DNA of 64,000 bases from an uncultured delta proteobacterium (GTDB lineage: Bacteria > Desulfobacterota > Desulfuromonadia > Geobacterales > Pseudopelobacteraceae): assembly GCA_963772835.1 (NCBI GenBank), contig CAVYYZ010000013.1:21475-85474 (forward strand), in the 5' to 3' direction. Below are positions 18,699-29,259 of the stretch, in pieces (the first letter of the stretch is position 1; each line of letters begins with the position of its first letter). A program made the translations under genes and the position numbers. Below the pieces are notes generated by a model. It had not been told where the DNA came from. It worked only from the letters and a program-made list of their open reading frames with translations, and searched no databases.

Positions 18699-19964
18699 AT
18701 GTCTGAAGAAGTCATCTACGCTGCTTCCTGGCTTATAAATCCCGACGCCCCACCGGTTGCCGGCGGGGCGTTGCTCGTTCGTGACGGCATTGTCACCGAA
18801 ACGGGCACACTGAGCTCTCTCCGCAGTACACACTCAGCACCGGTGATTGATTATCCCGGCTGCGTCATCCTTCCCGGGTTTATCAACGCCCACACCCATC
18901 TTGAATTGACCCACTTTCCCTCCTGGCTTCACACGTCGTCGGTTGATTATGCCCCGCGACGGTTTGTCGACTGGATCATCCAGTTGATCAAAATTACGCG
19001 GGGTCTTACTGCTGCAGAGTATCCTCCATCGATTCACGAGGGGGTGCGGCTCTGTCTGGAATCGGGCACAACCGCTGTCGGTGAAATTGTCTCCAACCCG
19101 GCACTGGCCAGTCTGTACTATCACTCTCCACTTGCCGGCCGGCTCTATTTCGAGCTTCTCGGGCAGGAGCAGAGCCACTTTAACGGCACACTTGCCGCTG
19201 CAACAGCCGCCGCCCGGCAGGAGGATGCTCACACACTGCTGACCGGGTTCGCTCCTCATTCTCCTTATACGATTGCCCACGAATATCTGACGGCGGTACG
19301 GGATGCCGCTGCAGTTCACGCCCTTCCGCTTGCCATTCATCTCTCGGAGTCCCGTTCCGAAGCGGATTTTGTTTTTGACGGCACGGGAGAACTGGCTGAC
19401 GGGCTCTATCCTTTTGTCGGCTGGGAACGCTTTCTGGGTCGCCCGGCCCGCTGCAGCTCAACCGAACTTCTTGACCGATGCGGGCTGCTGACGCCGACAA
19501 CACTGGCTGTACACTGCGTCCACCTTTCTGTTGCCGATGCCCGCACTGTAAAGTCGCGTGGAGCGCATATCGTGCTCTGCCCCCGCAGTAATGAGATCCT
19601 TGATGTCGGGCGTGCTCCGGTTGCTCTTTTCAAAAAGCTCGCAATTCCCCTGGCGCTGGGCACCGATTCGCTGGCCAGTAATAATTCCCTCTCGCTCTGG
19701 GATGAACTCCGTTTTGCCCTTGAGACCTTTCCGGATGACCTGACTGTGTTGGACGTACTTCGTATGGTCACGACAGGTGCCGCCGAAGCTCTTGGCATCT
19801 CTTCATCCTGCGGCTCGCTGGAGATCGGCAAGCGCGCGGATTTTCAGGTAATCGGAAGTTGCGACGGAGGCGATAAAGGTGTGCTGGACCGGATTATGCG
19901 GGAGGGGAGGGTGAGGGAAGTCTATGCCGCCGGCACGCAGTACACAGGGGCGGTCTACAGTTGA
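18699..19964 (+). CDS. Metal-dependent amidohydrolase (possibly aminodeoxyfutalosine deaminase-like)
   Basis: PGFINAHTHLE, PHSPY, HLSES, VHCV, GTDS; GGAGG RBS before ATG 18699. Substrate is a guess. Confidence 0.85.
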   Translation: MSEEVIYAASWLINPDAPPVAGGALLVRDGIVTETGTLSSLRSTHSAPVIDYPGCVILPGFINAHTHLELTHFPSWLHTSSVDYAPRRFVDWIIQLIKITRGLTAAEYPPSIHEGVRLCLESGTTAVGEIVSNPALASLYYHSPLAGRLYFELLGQEQSHFNGTLAAATAAARQEDAHTLLTGFAPHSPYTIAHEYLTAVRDAAAVHALPLAIHLSESRSEADFVFDGTGELADGLYPFVGWERFLGRPARCSSTELLDRCGLLTPTTLAVHCVHLSVADARTVKSRGAHIVLCPRSNEILDVGRAPVALFKKLAIPLALGTDSLASNNSLSLWDELRFALETFPDDLTVLDVLRMVTTGAAEALGISSSCGSLEIGKRADFQVIGSCDGGDKGVLDRIMREGRVREVYAAGTQYTGAVYS

Positions 19965-19978
19965 TGTCACCGTTTATT

Positions 19979-22642
19979 CTATGCGGGCGGTAATGGGCCG
20001 TCGATAACACTCTTCAGCACCTCCCGCATCTGAGCAAAGCTGTACGGTTTGCTCAGAAATCCCGCGACTTTTGCCTCCGCTATCCGTGAGGTAACTTCAG
20101 CATCGCCATACCCGCTGGAAACGATGACAGGCAGCTCCGGGTCGATGCTTTTCAGCTCACGGATCAGTTCATACCCGTCCATGACCGGCATTCCTAAGTC
20201 TGTCACGACCATAGTGATGTATTCAGCGTTTTTACGATAGAGCTCCAGCGCTTCCCTGCCGTTTGCTGCTTCAAACACCGTGAACCCAAGCGCCTTCATC
20301 AGGTTTTTCGCAACCAGTATAAGTTGCGGCTCATCCTCAACCAGCAGTATCGAGCCGCTTCCCTGCCACGGCGCCGGGGTGGTCTGCTGAAGTTGTTCCC
20401 CGTCGGCATTTGTGGTCTTAACAGGCAGGTAGACCTTGAAGGTTGAGCCCTGCCCCGGGTGACTGGAGAGCTGCAGTGCCCCCTTGTGCGCCGTTATGAT
20501 GCCGAGTACGGACGGCATCCCGAGACCACGTCCGGTAAACTTGGTGGTGTAGAACGGCTCGAAGATTCGTTTTTTTGTTTCATCATCCATACCGCAGCCG
20601 TTATCCGTGACTTCCAGACAGATATATCCGCCGGGCGGAATGGCATTGCCAAGATGATTCTTTTCCGGGCTATCCTGGCAGATTTCCGTCTTTGTCAGCG
20701 AAACAGCTATTTCACCCTGCGCTGTGCCGATGGCTTCGGCTGCATTGATGATCAGATTCATGATAATTTGTCTGATCTGGCTGATATCGGCCTTGATCAG
20801 GGGAATCCCGTCTGCAAGAGTTGGTCTGATCACAACATTCTGATTTAGGGTCGCTCTCATCATCTTGAGCATGTCATCCAGTATTGCCGGAATGTTGACC
20901 ATCTTCATGGAACAGTGGGCTTTCCCGGCGTAGGTCAGCATCTGACGGCAGAGTTCTGCCGCGCGGTTTGCGGCTTTTTCAATTTCGGGGATAAGCTCCA
21001 CGGCCGTTTTCGGCCGCTGCAGTGCCAGAGAGCAGTTGCAGATGATGACCGCCAGAATGTTGTTGAAGTCATGGGCAATGCCTCCGGCCAGCACGCCGAG
21101 GCTTTCGAGATGCCGGGACTGCCGGAGTTGCTGTTCGAGTGCCAGTTTTTCTTCTTCGGCCTTCCTGCGCTCGGTGACATCCTCAAGCAGCCAGATTGTC
21201 CCCTTGGACATGTCTGCCGGTTCAACCGCCTTGCCGATGTATCTGGCCAGAAGGTGCGTGCCATCCTTCCTGATCAATTCCTGTTCCGTTTCAAACACCC
21301 CTCCCTGCGACAGAACCGGGTACGCCTCCTGACCGAGTTTCTCGTACGCTTCATCGGATGCGTACAGTTTCTGTGTCGTCTGAAACTCCAGCTCCTCCTT
21401 CGGATACAGTAACAGATTCTCAGTCTGGTGGTTTACCCAGACCTGCTTCCTGTCAATGATTTTGGAAATTCCACAAGGGGCATTTTCCACGATAATGCTG
21501 AGCTCGCGCGTGATTTTTGCCAGTTGGCCGGTGCGCTCATCCACCATCCTCTGTGCTACTGCAGCAGTGCTCTGCAGGGTTCTGACCAGGGCGGCCAGCA
21601 GCAGCGTGATGAGAGTGCCGCCGATCATGGTGAGCCATACACTTACGTATTTCTGCGAGAACAATTCGCCATCTGCTTGTGTGAAAAGCAGCGTCCAGCG
21701 GTGGCCGTTAAAATCGACCGGGATTTGACGGGTGTAGTGCTTGCCGGTCCGTAGCCCGTGCTCCTCCGGAACGGGATCCTCATAGAGCAGAGACCGGGAC
21801 GATGGTTGTGCGCCGTCGAATACGGCAAGGTGCAGAGGTTTTTGACTCTTTGGATTGGGGTTGCCGAGAACCCCATGCATCAGGTCATTCATCCGGTAGG
21901 GACTGTAGACCCAGCCATAGATCGCCGCTCGTCGTTGTTCTGTTGTCCCGGTCGGCATGCCTTTCCGGTAGACCGGCACATACATTAAATTACCTGCCTG
22001 CATTGCCACGTCGGTTTCCTGAACCAGTTGCACTTTGCCGGAGAGCGCAGCAATATCTTCATCACGCGCCCGTTCCATGGCGGCCCGGCGAACAGGTTCT
22101 GAAAGCATGTCATACCCGAATGCCCGCAGGTTGCGTTCGGTAAATGGTTCCAGATAGATAATGGAGGAGTAGATTTCCCGATCGCCCTCCGGCTTGATCC
22201 TGTACTCCGGGAAACCTTCACTGCGGATTTTCCGGATGTGTCTGTCCAATTCTCCACGGGATATCACCAGCGAAAAGCCGATACCCTGAATGCCGGGGAG
22301 TCGCTGCTCTATCTTCTGAAGTTTGGTATAGATGCGCCATTCCTCGCGTGTAACCGTTTCTGAAGCATTAAAAAACGCCGCGCCGCTTCTCAGGATGCGG
22401 GCGTGGGCGTCGAGCCTGTCTAAAATTTTATCTTCTATACTGCTGCAGCGAGCAGCAAAATCCTGTGTGGAGATGATTTCAATATCCGATCTTATTTTCA
22501 GGCTTGCGGCGGCGGTGATAACAAAACCGCACAGCAGCACGATTAGGGCCGAACGCCGGAACCTGAGAAAAGCCGGAGTAGTATGTGACAAGGAGGGTAC
22601 ATCACCGGTTTTGCTGGTCTCGTTTTTACGTGTGGTGGACAC
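19979..22642 (-). CDS. Hybrid sensor histidine kinase: CHASE, PAS, HisKA, HATPase, REC
   Basis: CHASE motifs (PGIQGIG, YLEP..RN.RAFGYDM), AGGIAHDFNN H-box, FEPFYTTK, GRGLG, C-terminal receiver; GTG 22642 has an AGGAG RBS. Confidence 0.92.
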   Translation of the reverse strand: MSTTRKNETSKTGDVPSLSHTTPAFLRFRRSALIVLLCGFVITAAASLKIRSDIEIISTQDFAARCSSIEDKILDRLDAHARILRSGAAFFNASETVTREEWRIYTKLQKIEQRLPGIQGIGFSLVISRGELDRHIRKIRSEGFPEYRIKPEGDREIYSSIIYLEPFTERNLRAFGYDMLSEPVRRAAMERARDEDIAALSGKVQLVQETDVAMQAGNLMYVPVYRKGMPTGTTEQRRAAIYGWVYSPYRMNDLMHGVLGNPNPKSQKPLHLAVFDGAQPSSRSLLYEDPVPEEHGLRTGKHYTRQIPVDFNGHRWTLLFTQADGELFSQKYVSVWLTMIGGTLITLLLAALVRTLQSTAAVAQRMVDERTGQLAKITRELSIIVENAPCGISKIIDRKQVWVNHQTENLLLYPKEELEFQTTQKLYASDEAYEKLGQEAYPVLSQGGVFETEQELIRKDGTHLLARYIGKAVEPADMSKGTIWLLEDVTERRKAEEEKLALEQQLRQSRHLESLGVLAGGIAHDFNNILAVIICNCSLALQRPKTAVELIPEIEKAANRAAELCRQMLTYAGKAHCSMKMVNIPAILDDMLKMMRATLNQNVVIRPTLADGIPLIKADISQIRQIIMNLIINAAEAIGTAQGEIAVSLTKTEICQDSPEKNHLGNAIPPGGYICLEVTDNGCGMDDETKKRIFEPFYTTKFTGRGLGMPSVLGIITAHKGALQLSSHPGQGSTFKVYLPVKTTNADGEQLQQTTPAPWQGSGSILLVEDEPQLILVAKNLMKALGFTVFEAANGREALELYRKNAEYITMVVTDLGMPVMDGYELIRELKSIDPELPVIVSSGYGDAEVTSRIAEAKVAGFLSKPYSFAQMREVLKSVIDGPLPPA

Positions 22643-22660
22643 TGGTAGCTCCTGGATAGA

Positions 22661-22698
22661 CAAAAACCGGCATACGGGGAAATCCGCAATGCCGGTTT
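22661..22698 (-). terminator. Intrinsic terminator-like hairpin directly upstream of the CHASE kinase start
   Basis: Minus strand AAACCGGCATTGCGG-atttcc-CCGTATGCCGGTTTTT. Confidence 0.7.
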
Positions 22699-22706
22699 AT
22701 AATGGA

Positions 22707-22778
22707 TCAATCAGAAATATGGTTGATAGATTTGTGTGTCCGTGAGGGACGTTGTCCGTCAGTCAGTCTGCGCTGCAT
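22707..22778 (-). CDS. Putative 23-aa small/leader peptide MQRRLTDGQRPSRTHKSINHISD
   Basis: Strong AGGAGG RBS, upstream TTGCAA-N16-TATAGT promoter, downstream terminator; too short for the ORF track. Confidence 0.5.
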   Translation of the reverse strand: MQRRLTDGQRPSRTHKSINHISD

Positions 22779-22816
22779 GAGGTACCCCCTCCTGAAGCAA
22801 AGTTCCATATGTTCAA

Positions 22817-22864
22817 ACTATATCGCTATTCCTGCGGATTGCAACAATATATCTGAGATATTGT
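22817..22864 (-). promoter_or_regulatory. Sigma70-like promoter with an adjacent inverted-repeat operator
   Basis: -35 TTGCAA (22844-22839), -10 TATAGT (22822-22817); perfect inverted repeat ACAATAT-N7-ATATTGT at 22844-22864. Confidence 0.55.
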
Positions 22865-22900
22865 CAGTAGAAAGTTTATTCGTGAACGTATTCAATTCCG

Positions 22901-23390
22901 TCAGGTTCCGGACTTCATACGCTTCTCTTCCAGAATCATATCAATCGCCAGAAGAAAAACCCCGACGCAGATCAGGGAATCGGCGACGTTGAAGGCCGGC
23001 CAGTGGTGCCGGTACCAGTGCACATCGAGAAAATCAATTACTTCTCCCAACCGGATCCGGTCAATCAGGTTGCCGACTGCGCCGGAAAAAATCATGGCCA
23101 GCGACGTATGCGCCAATCGCTGGTCGTCACGCAGTTTACGAAAAAGCGATCAGAATAACAAGCGCTGCTATGATAGAAACAGAGATAAAAAACGGAAGCC
23201 GCCACGATGCATTGGAGAGGAAGCTGAAAGCGGCTCCCCTGTTTCTGACGTAGGTAAGATGGAAAAAACTTTCGATTATCGGGATCGAGTCGAACAGCTG
23301 CATGCTGCGATCAACGACGATCTTGGTGATCTGGTCAATGATAATGCCACTGGTGGCGATGGCGGCGAACAGGGTATATCTGGTCTTCAT
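22901..23390 (-). pseudogene. lspA: Lipoprotein signal peptidase II, split by one extra base in a T run (real frameshift or sequencing error)
   Basis: N-part DQITK..VRNRGAAFS and C-part GAVGNLIDRIRLGEVIDF..WPAFNVADS are in different frames; removing one base of A5 at 23141-23145 gives a continuous 162-aa LspA. Confidence 0.9.
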
Positions 23391-23472
23391 GGATACATTC
23401 CGCCCATCCGGGGTGCTTTCTTTGGCTGCGTCCCCGGAGGTATGATTATGGTGTGATTGTGGTCGCAATGCC

Positions 23473-26247
23473 CTACGTTACTGCTATCGTGCATTTGGGG
23501 CAGATGGTCGGGTGGCCTGCATCCGTACCAAGCTCTTCACTGTAGTACCAGCAGCGTTCACATTTCACACCCGGAGCAGCAGAAACCTGGACTTTCAACC
23601 CGTCTATGTTTTCTGATGCCCAGTATTCACCCTCCAGAGCAGGCTTCAGAGTCGCTTTCGACACGATAAAAATGCTGTTAAGCCCGGTCGAGTATTCCTG
23701 AAGAAATGCAAACAGTTCCGGGGGGGCTGCGATTGATACGGCGGCATCCAGAGAATGTCCGATGGTCTTGGCGACCCGGGCCAGTTCAAGTGCTTTTGAA
23801 ACATCCGCGCGCACTTTTATAATGCGCTCCCAACGGGCTGCCAGAGCATCGTCTTTCAACTCAGGATGGCGAGCGGGAAACTCCGCAAGATGCACGCTTT
23901 CTTCGCGCTCTCCCGGCATGTATTGCCAGACCTCGTCTGAGGTAAACGAGAGCACGGGAGCGAGAATACGCACCAGGGTGTCGAGAATTCTGAACATGAC
24001 CGTCTGGGCCGAGAGGCGCTCAAGTGAGTTCTCTTTGCTGGTGTACATGCGGTCTTTCAGTATGTCGAGGTAAAAGGAACTCATCTCTGTCGTACAGAAG
24101 CCGTTGACTTCCTGGTAGATAACGTGGAATTCAAGGTCCTGATACGCGGTCAGTACACGTTCCTTGAGGATTTCAAGCTGGTGCAGGGCCCAGCGGTCGA
24201 TTTCCGGCATCTCCCGGAACGGCACTGACTGTGTCGCCGGATCGAACCCGTTGATATTGCCGAGAATATAGCGGCAGGTGTTGCGAATGCGCCGATACGC
24301 TTCAGCCACCCTGGTGAGAATTTCCTGTGATATGCGGGTGTCGTCCTGGTAATCCATGGCGGAAACCCACAGGCGGAGGACGTCAGCGCCGAACTTTTTG
24401 ATGACATCTTCGGGGGCAACGACATTGCCGACAGATTTACTCATTTTGCGCCCCTGGCCGTCCAGGACGAAACCATGGGTCAGCACGCTTTTATACGGCG
24501 CGACTCCCCGGGTGCCGACACTTTCCAGCAGAGAAGAGTGGAACCACCCGCGATGCTGGTCACTCCCCTCCAGATACATATCGGCCGGTGAATGCAGGCC
24601 GGGATTCGGTTCCAGTACGGCTGCGTGCGAAACCCCGGAATCAAACCAGACATCCAGGATGTCGTTCTCTTTTTCAAAAGATGCCGCACCGCATTTCGGA
24701 CAGACCGATCCCGCTGGGAGGAGCTTTTCCGCACTCCAGTCAAACCAGACGTCTGAGCTCTCTTTTTTGAAGATTTCAGCGACGTGATCCATGATGGTAC
24801 CGTCGGCGATGTATTCGCCGCAGGCGGTACAGGAAAAGGCGGTGATCGGGACTCCCCAGGAGCGTTGACGGGACACGCACCAGTCGGGGCGGTTCTCGAT
24901 CATGCCATAGATCCTCTCACGTCCCCATTTCGGGATCCATTGTACCTGATCTATGGCTTTCAGCGCCTTGTCACGCAGATCATTGGCTTTCATGCTGATG
25001 AACCACTGCTCGGTGGCGCGGAAGATGATCGGTTTTTTACAGCGCCAGCAATGCGGGTAGGAGTGGCTGATTTTCGAGGTCTGCAGCAGCGCCCCGACTT
25101 CGATCAGCTTATCGATCACACTCTGATTTGCTGGGAAAACCTGCTGACCTCCGAAAAACTCCACGTCAGCCAGATATTTCCCGTGGTTGTCAACCGGATT
25201 GTAAATCTGCAGCCCTTCTTTCAGTGCCAGTTCATAATCTTCCTGGCCGTGGCCGGGGGCGGTGTGAACGCAGCCGGTACCGGCTTCCAGAGTGACATGG
25301 TCGCCGAGAAGCACGATCGAATCACGATCATAAAAGGGGTGCCTGCAGCGCTTGCGCTCCAGTATCCCTGCCTTAAATGTTGCGATGACAGCCCCGGTCA
25401 GGCCGACGGCGGCAAGAAATGAATCTTTGAGCCCTTCAGCGACGATCAGCACACCCTTTTCGGTCTCCAGCGCCACATAATCAAATTCCGGATGGAGTGC
25501 TACGGCAAGGTTGGCCGGAATCGTCCAGGGGGTTGTCGTCCAGATGACGACGTAGGCCTGTTTGCCGGCGAGTGCCGGTATTTCCGCTGACAGGTCATCC
25601 TGCAGGGCGAAGCGGACGAATATGGAGGGGGAGGTGTGGTCGGCATATTCGACCTCGGCCTCGGCGAGAGCTGTCACGCATGAGGAACACCAGTGAACCG
25701 GTTTGCGTCCCCGGTAGAGTCCTCCGTTGTGGGCGAAGCGGGCCAGTTCGGCTGCGGTCAGCCCTTCGTATTCATAATTCATGGTCAGGTAGGGGTTTTC
25801 CCAGTCGCCGAGGATCCCCAGACGTTTGAATTCCTCTTTCTGGATAGCGACGTATTTTGCGGCATAGGCACGGCATTCGCGGCGCATTTCCAGTTTACTC
25901 ATCTGGTGTTTCTTTGACCCCAGGTTCTTTTCAACCTGCAGTTCGATCGGCAGGCCGTGGCAGTCCCATCCCGGTACGTACGGGGCATGGAAGCCTTCCA
26001 TCCGCTTGACTTTTAGGACAATGTCCTTGAGGGTTTTATTGAGAGCATGGCCGATATGAATATTCCCGTTGGCGTATGGGGGGCCGTCATGCAGAACGTA
26101 GAGCGGCTTGTCTTTTCCGCGCGCTTCCAGTTTGGCATAGAGGCCGCTCTGCTCCCACTTTGTCAGCATTTCAGGCTCACGCTGATACAGATTGGCTTTC
26201 ATGGCAAAATCGGTCTGCGGCAGGTTCAGGGTGTCTTTATATTCCAT
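23473..26247 (-). CDS. ileS: Isoleucyl-tRNA synthetase
   Basis: HDGPPYANGNIHIGH, GWDCHGLP, WTTTPWT, GTGCVH, KMSKS, C-terminal zinc finger; ATG 26247 (MEYKDTLNLP). Confidence 0.97.
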   Translation of the reverse strand: MEYKDTLNLPQTDFAMKANLYQREPEMLTKWEQSGLYAKLEARGKDKPLYVLHDGPPYANGNIHIGHALNKTLKDIVLKVKRMEGFHAPYVPGWDCHGLPIELQVEKNLGSKKHQMSKLEMRRECRAYAAKYVAIQKEEFKRLGILGDWENPYLTMNYEYEGLTAAELARFAHNGGLYRGRKPVHWCSSCVTALAEAEVEYADHTSPSIFVRFALQDDLSAEIPALAGKQAYVVIWTTTPWTIPANLAVALHPEFDYVALETEKGVLIVAEGLKDSFLAAVGLTGAVIATFKAGILERKRCRHPFYDRDSIVLLGDHVTLEAGTGCVHTAPGHGQEDYELALKEGLQIYNPVDNHGKYLADVEFFGGQQVFPANQSVIDKLIEVGALLQTSKISHSYPHCWRCKKPIIFRATEQWFISMKANDLRDKALKAIDQVQWIPKWGRERIYGMIENRPDWCVSRQRSWGVPITAFSCTACGEYIADGTIMDHVAEIFKKESSDVWFDWSAEKLLPAGSVCPKCGAASFEKENDILDVWFDSGVSHAAVLEPNPGLHSPADMYLEGSDQHRGWFHSSLLESVGTRGVAPYKSVLTHGFVLDGQGRKMSKSVGNVVAPEDVIKKFGADVLRLWVSAMDYQDDTRISQEILTRVAEAYRRIRNTCRYILGNINGFDPATQSVPFREMPEIDRWALHQLEILKERVLTAYQDLEFHVIYQEVNGFCTTEMSSFYLDILKDRMYTSKENSLERLSAQTVMFRILDTLVRILAPVLSFTSDEVWQYMPGEREESVHLAEFPARHPELKDDALAARWERIIKVRADVSKALELARVAKTIGHSLDAAVSIAAPPELFAFLQEYSTGLNSIFIVSKATLKPALEGEYWASENIDGLKVQVSAAPGVKCERCWYYSEELGTDAGHPTICPKCTIAVT

Positions 26248-26288
26248 GTGATGCGGTCTCCATTCTGATTCGTTAAACTGCATAAAAC

Positions 26289-26316
26289 TACAGATATAAG
26301 GCCGGAATGTCAAGGA
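26289..26316 (-). promoter_or_regulatory. Putative sigma70 promoter of ileS-lspA (coordinates approximate)
   Basis: Minus strand TTGACA-ttccggccttatatctg-TAGTTT, 17-nt spacer ending in TG. Confidence 0.5.
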
Positions 26317-26482
26317 AACGAGCGTATCAGAAATATGTATCGTCCGGATCGGGTGTGATGCAATATCGGAAGAGGGGTTGTCACGGCACCTGTATATCAA
26401 GCAGTGTGACATTCTTTCTTGCATTCAGTGACGCAATACTGCTATTCTTTTCCGCCGTTTTACCCACTAGATTTGATACTGA

Positions 26483-27541
<1,059 letters not shown>

Positions 27542-27547
27542 TTCCTC

Positions 27548-27587
27548 CCGCGGGGTCACAGAGAACAACGTCTCTGTGACCCCGCGG
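27548..27587. other. Perfect 17-bp hairpin after mreB with no U-tract
   Basis: CCGCGGGGTCACAGAGA-acaacg-TCTCTGTGACCCCGCGG. Confidence 0.75.
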
Positions 27588-27610
27588 AATTGAGCCTTTA
27601 CACATCCCTT

Positions 27611-28678
27611 ATGATTTCCCCCACTATTGACATACTCGTTCCTGTCTGGAACTACCCTTTTGAGACCCGTGCCTGTCTTGCGGCAATTCGCGAGCATTCA
27701 TCCGGAGCACGTCTGATTATTGTCGACAACGGCAGCAGTCGTGAAACTGAATTGATGCTGGAGGAATTCTCCGAATCATTGGGTGACCAGGGGCTTTTTA
27801 TCAAGTCAGAACGTAATATCGGGCTTGTTGCTGCGATAAATATGGGCCTGGCCCGCTCTGACAGCGACTATACCGTCATAGTCCGGCCACATGTCTCGGT
27901 ATCGACCGGCTGGCTTGACGTTCTGGTGGACGCTGCGGAAACCACCGGCGCCGGGATTGTGTCACCGTTGTTTTATGGCGTCGATGCACCTCACATCCCT
28001 GAACTTGCTCCGGGGTGCACGGTTACGGAAAGCTGTACGATCTCATTCGACGCACTTCTGGTGCGTACCGAGATGCGTATGGTTGCCGGCAGTTTCGACG
28101 AGAACCTTGACGGTAATGAGTGGTGTCTGGCAGAGTACGTGCGGCGCGTCGCAGCCATGGGATACCGCACCTGCATCGCCGGTCGACTTCGTTTGGCCTG
28201 CTCTGCAGGACAGCAGTTCGGCTCGGCCCAGCGCAGGAATGAGATGGTGCAAAACAGTCGGACGGAATACATCTCCCGGTGGGGGATTACCCGCCATTAC
28301 TGCATTTATTTCGGTCCGGATGCCGATGTGGTGACTCTCGATGCTACCGTTTTTTCCCTTCTGGACGGAGCCCGCCAGGGGCATCGTTTTTCGCTGCTGC
28401 TGCATCGCCGCCAGTTTTCCGCTTTCCGGAAGATGGGGTGGAACGGACTGCATAGCGGGATACATCTGCACCGGATAGCGACCCTGTTCCCGGTACGGGA
28501 TCTTCAACGAAAGATAACGGCACTCCGGAGTGCTTCACCGGATATGCTGGCGGTACGGGGATGCTGCGGAGTCGTATTCCCGGGTGTTGATGCTGCAATT
28601 TCACATGAAGAACTGCTTGGCAGTATTCAGGCACGTACAACGAACATTGAGAAACAGCGTAAGGAGTCATTGGTATGA
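27611..28678 (+). CDS. Glycosyltransferase family 2 protein
   Basis: [26 protein letters not shown]; stop overlaps the gmhA start (ATGA). Confidence 0.8.
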   Translation: MISPTIDILVPVWNYPFETRACLAAIREHSSGARLIIVDNGSSRETELMLEEFSESLGDQGLFIKSERNIGLVAAINMGLARSDSDYTVIVRPHVSVSTGWLDVLVDAAETTGAGIVSPLFYGVDAPHIPELAPGCTVTESCTISFDALLVRTEMRMVAGSFDENLDGNEWCLAEYVRRVAAMGYRTCIAGRLRLACSAGQQFGSAQRRNEMVQNSRTEYISRWGITRHYCIYFGPDADVVTLDATVFSLLDGARQGHRFSLLLHRRQFSAFRKMGWNGLHSGIHLHRIATLFPVRDLQRKITALRSASPDMLAVRGCCGVVFPGVDAAISHEELLGSIQARTTNIEKQRKESLV

Positions 28679-29241
28679 TACCTGAGATAACCTCTCAATT
28701 AGCTGCTCATCGGGACGTCATTACCCGGATTGAACTGGAGCTTTCCCCTCTGATCGCTGAACTGGCGACCCTGCTGGTTGAAACATTCTCGCGGGGTGGA
28801 AAACTTCTGGTGATGGGAAACGGCGGTTCGGCGGCCGATGCCCAGCATTTTGTTGCCGAGATCGTCGGGCGTTTCAAGATGGAACGGAGGGGTCTGCCGG
28901 CAATAGCGCTTTCAACTGATACTTCTATCCTGACCGCTCTCGGCAATGATTATGGATTCGACAGAATTTTCCACCGTCAGGTTGAAGCACTGGCCGTTGC
29001 GGGTGATCTGGTCATCGGAATATCGACCAGCGGAAACTCTCCAAATGTTCTGCAGGCCCTGGAACTGGCCCGTGAAAAGGGGTGCCGCACGGTTGGTCTT
29101 CTCGGCAAGGATGGCGGCAGTATCAAAAATGTCTGCCATCTGGCTCTCATCGTTCCGAGCGATGATACGCCGCGGATTCAGGAAGGACATATCACCATTA
29201 TTCATATCGTCTGTGATCTTCTCGAAAAGACCCTGTTTTAA
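28675..29241 (+). CDS. gmhA: D-sedoheptulose-7-phosphate isomerase
   Basis: [29 protein letters not shown]. Confidence 0.95.
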   Translation: MIPEITSQLAAHRDVITRIELELSPLIAELATLLVETFSRGGKLLVMGNGGSAADAQHFVAEIVGRFKMERRGLPAIALSTDTSILTALGNDYGFDRIFHRQVEALAVAGDLVIGISTSGNSPNVLQALELAREKGCRTVGLLGKDGGSIKNVCHLALIVPSDDTPRIQEGHITIIHIVCDLLEKTLF

Positions 29242-29259
29242 TTGCTGTCAGGAGGTCGT

